Both the position numbers and the translations under genes were made by a program. The notes beneath the pieces are model-generated. The model worked only from the letters and a program-made list of their open reading frames with translations, searched no databases and had not been told where the DNA came from. 46,353 nt of DNA. Source: a virus (taxonomy: Duplodnaviria > Caudoviricetes). The stretch covers positions 1 to 46,353 of the IMG/VR virus record IMGVR_UViG_3300032035_000006; one strand, given 5' to 3'. Shown here piece by piece: positions 1 through 10,088 of the stretch (its first letter is position 1; the number at the start of each line of letters is the position of its first letter).

Positions 1-2
1 AC

Positions 3-839
3 TCGTTCGACCCGGAGTGGGGCGAGACGCTCGGCGTGGACATCGGGAACCCGGCCAGGCCCCGGTCCCCCGGCGGCCCCATGCTGGTCAACCAGCCGGA
101 CTTCGGCGAGCAGGGCCTGGAGGTGGCCGACCGGCTGGCCCGCTCCGGCGGTGTCCAGCTGGTCATCGTCGACAGCGTCTCCGCGCTCGTGCCCAAGGCC
201 GAGCTGGAGGGCGAGATGGGCGACACCCACGTGGGCCTGCAGGCCCGGCTGATGTCCCAGGGGCTGCGCAAGCTGACCGGCGGCTGCAGCCAGACCAAGA
301 CCACCGTAATCTTCATCAACCAGCTGCGCGAGAAGGTCGGCGTCCTCTTCGGCAGCCCCGAGACCACGTCCGGGGGCAAGGCACTGAAGTTCTACGCCTC
401 CATCCGGCTCGATGTGCGCCGCATCGAGACCCTCAAGGACGGTGGCGAGGCGGTCGGCAACCGGGTCCGGGTCAAGGTGGTCAAGAACAAGCTCCGCCCC
501 CCGTTCAAGGTGGCCGAGTTCGACTTCCTGTACACCGAGGGGATCTCCCGGGTCCGCGAGCTGATCGACTTCGGCGTGATCGCGCGGGTGATCCGCAAGT
601 CCGGCGCCTGGTACACCTACGACGGCAAGAAGCTGGGCCAGGGCAAGGACAACGCCGCCCAGCACCTGCGCGACCACCCGGACGTGGCCGAGCGGATCGA
701 GCTGGAGCTGCACGCCGCCGAGCCCGCGGCGGCCGAGCCCGCGGCGGCCGAGCCCGCGGACCCCGCCCTGGACCCGCTCGGCAGCAGCGAGGACGACGGC
801 CAGCCCGCTGACTCCAAGCGTGTCCGTATTACCGGGTAG
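3..839 (+). CDS. recA: RecA recombinase (5'-truncated by window edge)
   Basis: Motifs [74 protein letters not shown]; short AAEPA x3 repeat near the C-terminus. Confidence 0.97.
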   Translation, partial: SFDPEWGETLGVDIGNPARPRSPGGPMLVNQPDFGEQGLEVADRLARSGGVQLVIVDSVSALVPKAELEGEMGDTHVGLQARLMSQGLRKLTGGCSQTKTTVIFINQLREKVGVLFGSPETTSGGKALKFYASIRLDVRRIETLKDGGEAVGNRVRVKVVKNKLRPPFKVAEFDFLYTEGISRVRELIDFGVIARVIRKSGAWYTYDGKKLGQGKDNAAQHLRDHPDVAERIELELHAAEPAAAEPAAAEPADPALDPLGSSEDDGQPADSKRVRITG

Positions 840-864
840 AAGAGCCCGTGACGAGGAGGCCCCC

Positions 865-2043
865 GTGACCTATTCCGGCATTCCCCTGACCGCCATGACC
901 ATGGTCCCGATGGCTGACGCGAGAGCCCGGCTGGGCGGCAGCGAGCCGCTGTCCGGGGTGGCCTTCGCGGCCGGGGATCAGCGGGTCCGGGTGCGGTACG
1001 ATAAGGGCTGGGCCGACGGCGACCTGACCGACCCCGCGTCCGCCTGGATCGAGGTGCCGGACAAGGGCGTCTACCAGATGACCTTCCAGGCCGCCCAGCA
1101 GCTGGGCAGCACCAGCCGCATCCCGCAGCAGCTGCAGGTCGACTGGACCCCCGAGCTGCAGGTCCGGTCGGTGCACTGGGCGCTGCACGAGCACCTGGGC
1201 GAGCGGCAGCTCAAGCTGCTCACCGCCGGCCAGGGCCAGGACCCGGACGGGGCGCCGTGCCCGCTGGCGGTGGCGCAGACCAGGGCCGCCGCGGTGCCGT
1301 TCTCCAACCTGGGGCTGCTGGACACGGTCATGGGCCGGGTGGCCGCCAAGTACGGCCCGGCGGCAGCCGCGTCGGCCGTGGTCGACTACAAGTTCGAGCA
1401 CGACCTGGAGCACACCGGGATGCGGATCGTCATCCCCGGCGCCGCCCAGTACATCCAGGGCACCGGGTACGACGACGACGCCTGGTGCCTGGGCGTGGAG
1501 TTCACCAACAGCCTGATCGGTCTCAAGCCGACCACGGCCTGCGGGTACCTGTTCCGGTACATCTGCACCAACGGCCAGCGCGACATCGCGAACCGGCCCA
1601 AGCCGTTCTCCCGCCGGGGCATGACCGAGGAGGACGCCTACGCCTGGATGGCCGAGGCGGTCGACGAGATTTTCGCCGGGCTGGAGGACGGCTTCGGGCA
1701 CGTCCAGGAGCTGACCGCCGTGCCGGTGCTGCCGGACGTGTCGACGGTGCTGAGGGACCTGTTCAAGCAGTTCGGCATCCCCAAGGCCCGCGCTATGGCG
1801 GTGATCGAGACGATGGCCGACACGGGCGGCGACATCACCATGTACGATCTTTTGAATGCCACGACACTTGCTGCCAACCTGCCTGGTCTGGGGCGACGGT
1901 CGGTAGATCAGCTGATGGCTGCCGGTGGCCACATAATTCATAGCGTCGGAGCCAGGTGCACCGGGCAGCTCAGGCACGGGTGCCGCAGGATGTTGCCGAC
2001 TGACTGGGAAGAGCCGTCCTACGAGGACGTCGGCGAGGACTGA
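865..2043 (+). CDS. DUF932-like phage protein
   Basis: GTG start after GAGGAGG; LFRYICTNGQ resembles the DUF932 RxxCxNG motif. Confidence 0.55.
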   Translation: MTYSGIPLTAMTMVPMADARARLGGSEPLSGVAFAAGDQRVRVRYDKGWADGDLTDPASAWIEVPDKGVYQMTFQAAQQLGSTSRIPQQLQVDWTPELQVRSVHWALHEHLGERQLKLLTAGQGQDPDGAPCPLAVAQTRAAAVPFSNLGLLDTVMGRVAAKYGPAAAASAVVDYKFEHDLEHTGMRIVIPGAAQYIQGTGYDDDAWCLGVEFTNSLIGLKPTTACGYLFRYICTNGQRDIANRPKPFSRRGMTEEDAYAWMAEAVDEIFAGLEDGFGHVQELTAVPVLPDVSTVLRDLFKQFGIPKARAMAVIETMADTGGDITMYDLLNATTLAANLPGLGRRSVDQLMAAGGHIIHSVGARCTGQLRHGCRRMLPTDWEEPSYEDVGED

Positions 2044-2547
2044 GTGCAGTCGGTCGAGGCTCGCTTCTGGGTCAAGGTGGATCGCAGTGCAGGGCTAGCG
2101 GCGTGCTGGCCCTGGACCGCCTCGTTCGGCTCCAAGGGTTACGGTCAGTTTCGCCTGGTGCCTGGTCAGCTCGGCTTGGAGGCGTACCGTCTGCTCGGTG
2201 CCCATGTGGTGGCGTACCGGCTGGTGCATGGTTGCTGGCCGGACCCGCAGGCGCTTCACGGCTGTGATTTCCGGCCGTGCTGTAATGCGGAGAACCCGGA
2301 GCATGTGCACGAGGGGACTCAGGCAGACAACATGCGGGAAATGGTTGAGCGTGGGCGCGCTACCAATCCAGCAGCCTGGTCAACGGGGCGTCGTTCCGCC
2401 AACGCGAAGCTGTCCAACGATCAAGTTCGCGAGCTTCGCAGGCTGCTCGGCACGATGTCACAGCGGATTCTGGCCGTTCGGTTCGGCATCTCTCAGCAGC
2501 AGGTGTCGACCATTGGACGCGGGCTGGTGTATCAGGACGTGCATTGA
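2044..2547 (+). CDS. HNH homing endonuclease with C-terminal HTH
   Basis: RFWVKVD...CWPWT...GYGQF...AHVVAY...HGCDFRPCCN...HVHEGTQADN; AKL...LAVRFGISQQQVS; lower GC3 than neighbours. Confidence 0.9.
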   Translation: MQSVEARFWVKVDRSAGLAACWPWTASFGSKGYGQFRLVPGQLGLEAYRLLGAHVVAYRLVHGCWPDPQALHGCDFRPCCNAENPEHVHEGTQADNMREMVERGRATNPAAWSTGRRSANAKLSNDQVRELRRLLGTMSQRILAVRFGISQQQVSTIGRGLVYQDVH

Positions 2548-2594
2548 CCAGTGTCAAGCAATAGCTTGACTCAAGTAAAGAATGCCTGTATGAT
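2543..2594 (+). promoter_or_regulatory. Sigma70/HrdB-type promoter for leaderless mRNA, with upstream palindromic operator
   Basis: TTGACT(2566)-17 nt-TATGAT(2589), ATG at 2601; TTGAC-CAGT-GTCAAG at 2544-2558 and CTTGACTCAAG over the -35. Confidence 0.8.
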
Positions 2595-2600
2595 GCGCTT

Positions 2601-3995
2601 ATGGGCAGGAAAGCCAAGGGTAAGCGCCAGCACGGGAACCGCGGCCAGGATCAGCGCAAGCAGACCAAAGGGTCCGGGCCGAGGAGGCGGCATATGACGC
2701 CTGGTGAGGCTCAGGGCTGGCCCGGTAGCCGACCGGAGTCGGTCGGCCGCACCGAGGCCCCGGTCCGGCTGCGCACGGGCACCGTCATCCCGGCGGGCTC
2801 GGCCGTCTACCCGGTCAGCGAGGCCGAGAAGCGCGACCTGGGCCGGATGCGCGACGCCGGGCTGGCCCAGCCCGAGGGCCAGTCAGTGCGGCTCCGCCGA
2901 CCCCGGCTGGAGCTGCCGCCGCTGATCCGCTCCGCGCCTGGCGGCCTGTCCGGCGGCCAGGTGCTGGACATGCGCACCGGCCTGTACGAGGCGCTGAAGA
3001 GCCCGCACCCGGGGCTGACGGACTTCTACCGGGACTTCGTCGACGAGGGCGCCCGGGCCATATCCGGGGCGGCGGACGAGAAGCTGGCCGCCGCCTGGGG
3101 CTACATGCTCGTCGGCATCACCTCCGGGGACGAGCTGCTGGCGCTGCTGGCCCGGCAGCTGCACGCCTCCGACGCCGTGCAGGTCACCGCCGAGATGGCC
3201 GCCGCGGTCACCGAGACCTACCGCAAGTCCCGCAACCACGTCATGCACCTGGACAGCGCCGACATCCCCGACCTGGACGGCAACGACATCGCCGGGTTCG
3301 TCTGGCTGGACGAGCCGCTGCTGCTGGACGCCCCCAAGGGCCGCGGGACGCTGATGAACCGGGCCGTGTCCTGGTGCCGCCAGACCGCCGAGCTGGGCCG
3401 GGAGACCTGGGCCGGGGTGCGGATCACCAGCTGGGCCAGCACCGAGGACCGCGACGACCTGTGGAGCGAGGCGACCGCCGCGGTCATGCGCGAGGTGGGC
3501 ACGCCCCTGACCGTGTCGCACTCGGTGTTCGTGCCGTTCGGCCAGCGGTTCGCCCGGCCGGATGCCGTGCCGAACACGCCGGATGACATCGTCATCTGGG
3601 CCGCGGTGCTGTGGCAGTACCTCAAGGACCAGGTGGCGGTGGCGCCCAGGGCGCACGTTGAGCGCCATGCGGTCAAGCGCGCGCAACGCGCCTCGCTGAA
3701 GACCGGGGTCCGGGTCATCATGATGAGGAAGACCTATTACGCCGAACGGCGCGAGGCCGGGCACCGGGATGTGGACTGGTCCTGCCGGTGGACGGTGACC
3801 CCGTTCACCCGGCACAAGTCCGGCTACCGGGCTCTCGGCTTCGCGCCGCACGACGCCGAGCCGACCGGCCCGGACAAGCACTGCGCGGTCTGCGGGCACG
3901 GCACCAGCGCGGTCAAGTCCTGCACCAAGCCCAAGGACCGGACCGACCTGCCGTGGAAGGGCCAGGACGAGAAACTCTTCAAGCTTGCGCGGTGA
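2601..3995 (+). CDS. Hypothetical phage protein
   Basis: 464-aa ORF, host-like codon bias, basic N-terminus, C-terminal DWSCRW and CxxC. Confidence 0.8.
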   Translation: MGRKAKGKRQHGNRGQDQRKQTKGSGPRRRHMTPGEAQGWPGSRPESVGRTEAPVRLRTGTVIPAGSAVYPVSEAEKRDLGRMRDAGLAQPEGQSVRLRRPRLELPPLIRSAPGGLSGGQVLDMRTGLYEALKSPHPGLTDFYRDFVDEGARAISGAADEKLAAAWGYMLVGITSGDELLALLARQLHASDAVQVTAEMAAAVTETYRKSRNHVMHLDSADIPDLDGNDIAGFVWLDEPLLLDAPKGRGTLMNRAVSWCRQTAELGRETWAGVRITSWASTEDRDDLWSEATAAVMREVGTPLTVSHSVFVPFGQRFARPDAVPNTPDDIVIWAAVLWQYLKDQVAVAPRAHVERHAVKRAQRASLKTGVRVIMMRKTYYAERREAGHRDVDWSCRWTVTPFTRHKSGYRALGFAPHDAEPTGPDKHCAVCGHGTSAVKSCTKPKDRTDLPWKGQDEKLFKLAR

Positions 3996-4009
3996 GGAGA
4001 TTAGAAACC

Positions 4010-4207
4010 GTGACCGTCGTGCTGAGAGCCATCCTGACGTGTCCCCGGCCGGGCTGCGGCGCCGAGTTCGAGGCGTACTGGGACGCCGACGCCGACAGCG
4101 TCGAGGAGGTCCCGGAGGCCCCGGAGCGGTTCCAGGTCTGCCCGCAGTGCGGTAGTAGCTGGATGGCGGAGTACCCGGGCTGGTCGTTCAGGATGGAGGC
4201 AGGCTGA
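4010..4207 (+). CDS. Small zinc-ribbon protein
   Basis: SD GAGGAG, GTG start; CPRPGC...CPQC. Confidence 0.7.
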   Translation: MTVVLRAILTCPRPGCGAEFEAYWDADADSVEEVPEAPERFQVCPQCGSSWMAEYPGWSFRMEAG

Positions 4208-4434
4208 TGTTCGACATCTTCGAGGCCATGGAGGCCGCGGGCGTGACCCGGGAGGACCTGGGCCGCGAGGTCCGCCGGGTCTGGATCGGCTGGGCGCGCG
4301 AGCAGCCGGACCCCAAGCCGTCCTGGCTGGTGCCGTTCGACCGGCTGGGCCCGGCGGACCAGGAGGCGGACATGCGGATCGGCCAGGTGCTGTGGGGCAT
4401 GGGCTTCTCGGCCGCGGAGAGGCGGGTCCGGTGA
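4207..4434 (+). CDS. Small protein, RyR-domain-like
   Basis: Coupled start; WLVPFDRLGPADQEADMR resembles the RyR LVPxxxLxxxEKxxDR motif. Confidence 0.5.
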   Translation: MFDIFEAMEAAGVTREDLGREVRRVWIGWAREQPDPKPSWLVPFDRLGPADQEADMRIGQVLWGMGFSAAERRVR

Positions 4435-4571
4435 GAGCGCGGGTCTGGAAGACTGACGTGTGGCACTGGCAGGTGCGCAAGCCCGGCCTGACCGTCGGCG
4501 GCCCGGCCCCGTCCTGGCGGCACGCCCTGGCCGCCGCGCTGCTCATGCTGAGCCAGGGGGCGGCGGCATGA
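4431..4571 (+). CDS. Small hypothetical protein (46 aa)
   Basis: GTGA and ATGA overlaps with both neighbours. Confidence 0.5.
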   Translation: MRARVWKTDVWHWQVRKPGLTVGGPAPSWRHALAAALLMLSQGAAA

Positions 4572-5527
4572 TCGACGCGCTGGAGATCGCCGGCTACCAG
4601 AGCCTGCGCAAGGCGCGGATTGAGCTGGGCGCGCTGACCGTCATCGAGGGCCCGTCCAACTCCGGCAAGAGCGCCCTGGTCCGGGCCCTGGTCATGCTGG
4701 CCCGCAACGCGCGCGGCACCGCCTACATCAGCACCGGCATGACCACCTGCACGGTGACCGCGGGCTCGGCGGACGAGGGCTGGGTGCTGCGGCTGACCCG
4801 GTCCACCGCCCGGGGCAAGGACGCGTACCGGCTCCGCATCCTGCAGGGCGGGGTGGCCGGCGCGCGCGCCCCGGCCGCGGCCGAGTTCACCAAGCTCCAG
4901 GGCGGGGTGCCGGACGAGGCCTCGGAGCTGCTGCGGCTGGGCGACCTGAACATCGCCCGCCAGCCCGACCCGCCGTTCCTGCTGACCGAGTCCGGCCGGG
5001 ACGTCGCCGCGGTGCTCGGCCGCCTGACCAACGTGTCCATGGTGCTGGCCGCCGCGGCCGAGGCGGGCCGCCGCCGCAAGCAGGCCGCCCGTGACCTGAA
5101 GGGCGCCGACGCCCGGCTGGCCGAGCTGCGCGAGCAGGCCCAGGAGTTCGCCGGGCTCGGGGACCGGCGCCGGGCCATCGGCCGGGCCGAGGCGGCGCTG
5201 GAGACGGCGCAGGGCCTGGCCGCGCAGCTGGAGCAGCTGCGCGGGCTGGTCTCCCGGGTGGCCGAGTCGGGAGACCAGGCGCGCCAGGCCCGGGCTGCCG
5301 CGCAGGCTGCCGAGCCGCCGTCCACGGCGGCGCTGGACGAGCTGCTGGCCCGCCGGGACCGGCTGGCCGCGCTGCTGGACGAGCATGCCGACGCCGCCCG
5401 CGAGGTCACCGTGGACATCGTCCTGGCGCGCGGCGCCGAGCAGGCCGAGGCCGGCGCCCACAAGGCCCTGCACGGCGCCCTGGTGGCCGCAGGGACGTGC
5501 CCGACGTGCGGGCAGCCCGTGACGTAG
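4568..5527 (+). CDS. sbcC: SbcC/Rad50-like ATPase, N-terminal half
   Basis: LEIAGYQS, Walker A GPSNSGKS, Q-loop IARQ, coiled coil, terminal zinc hook CPTCGQ; no Walker B. Confidence 0.85.
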   Translation: MIDALEIAGYQSLRKARIELGALTVIEGPSNSGKSALVRALVMLARNARGTAYISTGMTTCTVTAGSADEGWVLRLTRSTARGKDAYRLRILQGGVAGARAPAAAEFTKLQGGVPDEASELLRLGDLNIARQPDPPFLLTESGRDVAAVLGRLTNVSMVLAAAAEAGRRRKQAARDLKGADARLAELREQAQEFAGLGDRRRAIGRAEAALETAQGLAAQLEQLRGLVSRVAESGDQARQARAAAQAAEPPSTAALDELLARRDRLAALLDEHADAAREVTVDIVLARGAEQAEAGAHKALHGALVAAGTCPTCGQPVT

Positions 5528-5577
5528 GCCGATCGCTCAGGGGGGCTGAGGCGTTCTCAGCCGCTCCGGGAGGCGCC

Positions 5578-6513
5578 ATGTTCCGAGCAGGCCGGGCCGC
5601 GGCCGAGAATCCCGCCGACGACCGGCTGCACGCCGCGCTCGGGTTTAGCGGGAACACCGTGCTGCTGGCCGACATCAGCGAGTTCCAGCCGTCGGTCAAC
5701 GACGCCGCGTACCTGCGCTGGTCCCAGGCCATCGTCATCCGCGCGATGTACGGCAGCCAGCATGACGACCGGTCCTGGTACGGCGGCGAGCGCCGGCGGG
5801 CGCTGTGGTCCGGCGGGGCCAGGTTCGTCGGCATCTACCAGTACGTGGTGGCCGGGCAGGACGCCGGCGCGCAGGCCCGCGCGCTGTGCCAGCTGGTCGG
5901 CAGGCTGAACAAGGGCGAGAAGGTCATCGCCGACATCGAGGAGGGCGGCGGCAGCCAGCGGGGCCGCTGGCAGGCCTGGGCCGGCATCGTGCACAACGAG
6001 CTGGGCGACACCCCCTGGTGCTATTCCGGGGCCTACTTCGCCCAGTCCACCGGGCTGGCACCGGTGGACTGGGTGGCTTCCTACGGGTCCGCCGAGCCCG
6101 GCGCCGCGCACCGGCTGTGGCAGTTCACTGACCGCTACCAGGTGCCCGGCATCGGCAGCTGCGACTGCAGCGTCTACCACGGCACCATCAGCCAGCTGGC
6201 CGCGCTGGCCTTCGGCGGGAGCCAGCCGGCCCCGCCGGTCACCGACTGGACGGAGCAGGCCGTCATGGCACTCCCCACCCTCTCCCAGGGCAGCATCGAC
6301 CGGGCCGGGCACGTGTGGTACGTGCACCGCCTCCAGGCCCTGGTCGCCGTCATCGGGCAGGTAAACAACCTCGGGCCGGCCAAGGCGGTGCATGCCAACG
6401 GCAGCTTCGACGCGGCCACCAAGGCCGGCGTCGTCTCGGTCCAGGGGTTCTACCACCTCGCCACGGACGGCGTCGTCGGCCCCAGCACCTGGAAGGCACT
6501 CATCGGCGTCTGA
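5578..6513 (+). CDS. Endolysin: GH25 muramidase plus peptidoglycan-binding domain
   Basis: DISEFQ, IADIEEG, WVASYG, LWQFTD; C-terminal DGVVGPSTWKAL; SD GGAGG before ATG 5578 (GTG 5659 is an alternative start). Confidence 0.88.
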   Translation: MFRAGRAAAENPADDRLHAALGFSGNTVLLADISEFQPSVNDAAYLRWSQAIVIRAMYGSQHDDRSWYGGERRRALWSGGARFVGIYQYVVAGQDAGAQARALCQLVGRLNKGEKVIADIEEGGGSQRGRWQAWAGIVHNELGDTPWCYSGAYFAQSTGLAPVDWVASYGSAEPGAAHRLWQFTDRYQVPGIGSCDCSVYHGTISQLAALAFGGSQPAPPVTDWTEQAVMALPTLSQGSIDRAGHVWYVHRLQALVAVIGQVNNLGPAKAVHANGSFDAATKAGVVSVQGFYHLATDGVVGPSTWKALIGV

Positions 6514-6538
6514 CAGACCCCGCCCGTATAAACAGGGT

Positions 6539-7528
6539 GTGGGCCTACATCTGCTGATCGCTGACATCCACGCCACCCGGCGCCCGCCGTCGCGGTGCAC
6601 CGACACGTACTGGCCGGACCTGCTGGGCCTGCTGGAGCAGACCGCCCGGTGGGCCGCCGAGCTGAACGTGGTCACCGTCACCTGGGCCGGCGACACCTTC
6701 CACCACAAGGCGCCGTCCCGCACCGACCACGCCCTGCTGATGGACCTGATCGGGGTCATCCAGTCCTACCCGTGCAAGGTGCTCGCCGTGGACGGCAACC
6801 ACGACATGCAGCACGACCGGCCCCAGTCGGTCGGCGCCACCCAGCCGCTCGGCGTGCTGTACAAGGCCGGGCTGACCCGGCTGGGCGGCTGGGCCTTCGA
6901 GGACCGCAATCCGTTCGCCTGGCTGTACGGCGTGCCCTGGCAGCAGCACTGGTCCGAGGGCCATATCGAGGCCGCGCTGGACCGCTGGCGGAACCCGGAG
7001 CTGCCGGTGCAGCCCGCCCTGGTGGTCACGCACGCGCCCATCTACCCGCCCGGGCAGGAGCCCCGCTACGAGGGCGCCGAGTACACCCCCGCCGCCTGGT
7101 GGGCCAGCGCGATGGGCAACCAGGGCAGCGTGTTCTACGGGCACATCCACGAGCCGCACGGCGAGTTCGAGGTGGACGGGGTCACCTTCTGCAACTACGG
7201 GGCGCTGTCCCGCGGCTCGCTGGATGACTACAACCTGGACCGCACCCCCGGCTTCACGCTGTGGGACGACAGCACCGGGGCGTTCAGCTTCATGCCGCTG
7301 GACGCCCGGCCGGGGGCCGAGGTGTTCCTGGCCGAGGAGGCCGCCACCGAGGCGGCCAGGGCGGGCCGCCTGGACGCGTTCCGGGCCGACCTGGCCAAGG
7401 TGTCGCTGCCGCGGCTGAGCATCGAGGGCGTCATCGCCGAGATCAGGGAGCGGGGGCTCGGCGCCGACGTCGAGGAGCTGGCCGAGGAGCTGCTGACCGC
7501 CGCCGCGCACGAGGGAAGGAAATCATAG
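6539..7528 (+). CDS. sbcD: SbcD/Mre11-like metallophosphoesterase nuclease
   Basis: ADIH, AGDTFH, GNHD, VTH, GHIH, NYGALSR motifs. Confidence 0.88.
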   Translation: MGLHLLIADIHATRRPPSRCTDTYWPDLLGLLEQTARWAAELNVVTVTWAGDTFHHKAPSRTDHALLMDLIGVIQSYPCKVLAVDGNHDMQHDRPQSVGATQPLGVLYKAGLTRLGGWAFEDRNPFAWLYGVPWQQHWSEGHIEAALDRWRNPELPVQPALVVTHAPIYPPGQEPRYEGAEYTPAAWWASAMGNQGSVFYGHIHEPHGEFEVDGVTFCNYGALSRGSLDDYNLDRTPGFTLWDDSTGAFSFMPLDARPGAEVFLAEEAATEAARAGRLDAFRADLAKVSLPRLSIEGVIAEIRERGLGADVEELAEELLTAAAHEGRKS

Positions 7529-8436
7529 TGCCCAGGGTCAATTCGGGTGAGAGCGTTAAGTTCTGGTATGGCCCGTGTGGTACGTGCGGTAAGCGCATGC
7601 GTAGGGAGCGGTCGGCAACTGGAGGGGCTAAGTGCAGGTCTTGCCGGAGTAAGGACCCGGTCGGGCATTGGATTCATCAGCTCAGCCGGTACGGAATCAC
7701 TCCGGCGCAGTGGCAGGAGATGTTCGAGGCCCAGGGCGGCAGGTGCGGTATCTGCCGGAGGCCTCCCAAGGAAGGCGGTAAGCGGCTCTGTATAGACCAC
7801 GACCACTCATGCTGTCCCGAGCCGAACCGGTCCTGCGGGCGGTGCGTTCGCGGCTTGCTGTGTCACAGGTGTAATTCCGAGCTGGAGCGGGCTTGGCGGT
7901 ACCGGGACGAAATCCAGTTGTGGGTGCGCCGGTCGCTGCGAAGGGTTGTGCTGAGCGATCTGGATTCGACTCTTGCACATACGAGGCATCGCTGGCACCT
8001 GTCGCCGATGGTCGATCCGGCTTCTAGTTGGGAGGCGTATTCGGCGGCTTGCCCGGATGATTCTTTGCTGCTAGGTACTGCTACCTCTTTGCGTCTGACC
8101 TGGCCGGATAATCTCATTCACATAGTGTCGGGCCGTAGCGCCTCGGCTCTGGACCCGACTGAGCGCTGGCTGTCTGGTCATGGTGTCAAATATGACGCTC
8201 TCGTGCTTCGCGAGATCGGCGACATCCGGCCGAACGGCGTGCTGAAGGTGGACTACATCAACAGCCTTCGTGAACGTGGATTCGACCCGGTGCTGTTCTA
8301 CGAGGACTGGCCCGAGGCAGCTCGCATGATCCAGGAGAAGACCGGAGTGCCGGTACTCGGGATCAACCCCTTCTATGAGGAAGACGACATCAAGCTGCAG
8401 TCGGTGGCCGGTGACGTCCTTGGTGGTGGCTTGTGA
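7528..8436 (+). CDS. Endonuclease VII domain fused to HAD-family (PNKP-type) phosphatase
   Basis: GRCGIC...IDHDHSCC...CVRGLLCHRCN followed in frame by VVLSDLDSTLA, IVSGR, LK, FYED. Confidence 0.8.
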   Translation: MPRVNSGESVKFWYGPCGTCGKRMRRERSATGGAKCRSCRSKDPVGHWIHQLSRYGITPAQWQEMFEAQGGRCGICRRPPKEGGKRLCIDHDHSCCPEPNRSCGRCVRGLLCHRCNSELERAWRYRDEIQLWVRRSLRRVVLSDLDSTLAHTRHRWHLSPMVDPASSWEAYSAACPDDSLLLGTATSLRLTWPDNLIHIVSGRSASALDPTERWLSGHGVKYDALVLREIGDIRPNGVLKVDYINSLRERGFDPVLFYEDWPEAARMIQEKTGVPVLGINPFYEEDDIKLQSVAGDVLGGGL

Positions 8437-8455
8437 CGAGAGGAGGTGGTGCTGG

Positions 8456-9292
8456 ATGCCCGAAAGGACTGGCGTAGAGCAGGGGCCCGTGAGGCTGAGC
8501 TGGTCGCGGCTTCGAGTTCATGACGAGTGCCCGCAGAAGGGGCAGCTGCTGGCCGACCGCAAGAAGGCCAAGGTGGCCGACATCCGGTCCTTTTTCGGCG
8601 GTAACGTGTGCGACCTGGCCCAGCGCCGCTGGCTCGGCATGGAGGAACAGGAGCTGGGCTGGATGGCCCGGCACATCGACGAAATCTTCGATGAGTCCGA
8701 GCGCACCGCCCGGGAGACGGGTGACGGCATCGTCAAGTGGCGGTCACCGACTGACAAGGGCGAGGTGCGCGACTTCTGCCTCCAGCTGGTCACCCGGCTG
8801 GAGCCCATCCTGGCCGAGTACTGCCTGCCGTTCGGCTGGACCCCGGCGTACCGGTTCGACATTCCCTTCGAGGTGCACGGCATCGCGGTGCGGCTGGTCG
8901 GCGAGATCGACCTGCTCGTGTTCGACAACCGCGGCCGGATCGCGGTGTGGGACCTCAAGGCCACCCGGAACAACGAGTACTGGCGCAAGGTGGTCGCCCA
9001 GCTGGTCTTCTACGCCATCGCGGTGCGCGCCTCCGGCGCCGAGGCGCTGGGCCGCTGGCCGGCCATGGCCGGGCTGATCCAGCCGATGTGCGACCAGCGG
9101 GTGCTGCCGGTCACCATCACCCCGGCGGCCATCCGGGAGATGGGCGCCCGGATCGAGCGGGCCGCGTCCGACATCCTGGCCGGCCGCCTGGACCCTCGTC
9201 CCGGTGACTACTGCCAGTGGTGCGAGGTCTCGCACGCCTGCCCAGCGTGGACTGTCCGTGGGGGGAGGGGCCGTGTCAGCATTGTCGCTTGA
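8456..9292 (+). CDS. Cas4/AddB-like PD-(D/E)XK exonuclease with Fe-S cysteines
   Basis: LSWSRL..HDECP, LVGEIDL, VWDLKAT, QLVFYA, YCQWCEVSHACP. Confidence 0.88.
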   Translation: MPERTGVEQGPVRLSWSRLRVHDECPQKGQLLADRKKAKVADIRSFFGGNVCDLAQRRWLGMEEQELGWMARHIDEIFDESERTARETGDGIVKWRSPTDKGEVRDFCLQLVTRLEPILAEYCLPFGWTPAYRFDIPFEVHGIAVRLVGEIDLLVFDNRGRIAVWDLKATRNNEYWRKVVAQLVFYAIAVRASGAEALGRWPAMAGLIQPMCDQRVLPVTITPAAIREMGARIERAASDILAGRLDPRPGDYCQWCEVSHACPAWTVRGGRGRVSIVA

Positions 9293-9833
9293 GGAGCGCT
9301 TCTGGCAGAAGGTGGACCGCCGGGGATATGGCGAGTGCTGGCCGTGGCTGGCAGCGCACGGGCGTTACGGTCAGTTCCGGTTGCAGGCCGGGCAGCTCGG
9401 TGTCGCGAAACGGTGTAACCGTCCGGCGCACTGTGTTGCGTTCGCTCTCGTCTATGGCCGCTGGCCAGACCCGCATGGCCTGCACGGCTGTGATTTCACC
9501 TTGTGCTGCAATGCTCTTAATCCGTCGCATGTGCACGAGGGGACGCAGCTGCAGAATGTCCGGGAGTGCATTGAGCGCGGGCGGGCGCGGTTGATTCAGC
9601 AGCAGCCCGGTGAGCGTAATTCGCTAGCGAAGCTGACTAACGAGCAAGCACGTCTCATCAGGGTCAGGTATTCAGGCGGAGGTGGGCTGCAGCGTGAGCT
9701 GGCGCTGGAGTTCTCTGTCTCTCAGCGAACGGTTTCTGATCTCGTTCGCGGCCGGACGTATCAGGATGCAGGAGGTCCGCTGATGGGAGAAGATCAGCGG
9801 TTCGCGGTTAATAGGCGGAGGGTGATCCGGTAA
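9273..9833 (+). CDS. HNH homing endonuclease with C-terminal HTH (paralog of 2044-2547)
   Basis: RFWQKVD..CWPW..YGQFRL..HGCDFTLCCN..HVHEGTQLQN; AKLT..LALEFSVSQRTVS. Confidence 0.9.
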   Translation: MSALSLEERFWQKVDRRGYGECWPWLAAHGRYGQFRLQAGQLGVAKRCNRPAHCVAFALVYGRWPDPHGLHGCDFTLCCNALNPSHVHEGTQLQNVRECIERGRARLIQQQPGERNSLAKLTNEQARLIRVRYSGGGGLQRELALEFSVSQRTVSDLVRGRTYQDAGGPLMGEDQRFAVNRRRVIR

Positions 9834-10088
9834 ATGCCGAGCATCGAGGAGCAGGTGGCCGCGCTGCGCGGGCAGATTGCCGAGGCGCAGGCCGCCGGGG
9901 CCCGCGCCCAGCACCGGCTGGAGCAGGCCGAGGCCCGGGAGGGGGCCGCCGCCGAGGCGCTGCAGTCCGAGTTCGGCGTGGCGCCCGGCGAGGAGGCCGA
10001 GGAGCTGCTGGCCGGGCTGGAAGAGCAGCTGGCCGCCGAGCTGGCGAAGGTCCGCGCCGAGCTGGCCGGGGCGGGCGGCAATGGCTGA
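9834..10088 (+). CDS. Small coiled-coil protein
   Basis: Ala/Glu-rich heptads, tightly packed with neighbours. Confidence 0.7.
   Translation: MPSIEEQVAALRGQIAEAQAAGARAQHRLEQAEAREGAAAEALQSEFGVAPGEEAEELLAGLEEQLAAELAKVRAELAGAGGNG

Noticed and set aside
715-760. 15-bp tandem repeat at the recA 3' end
   Set aside because: Encodes a low-complexity AAEPA linker; no sign of another role
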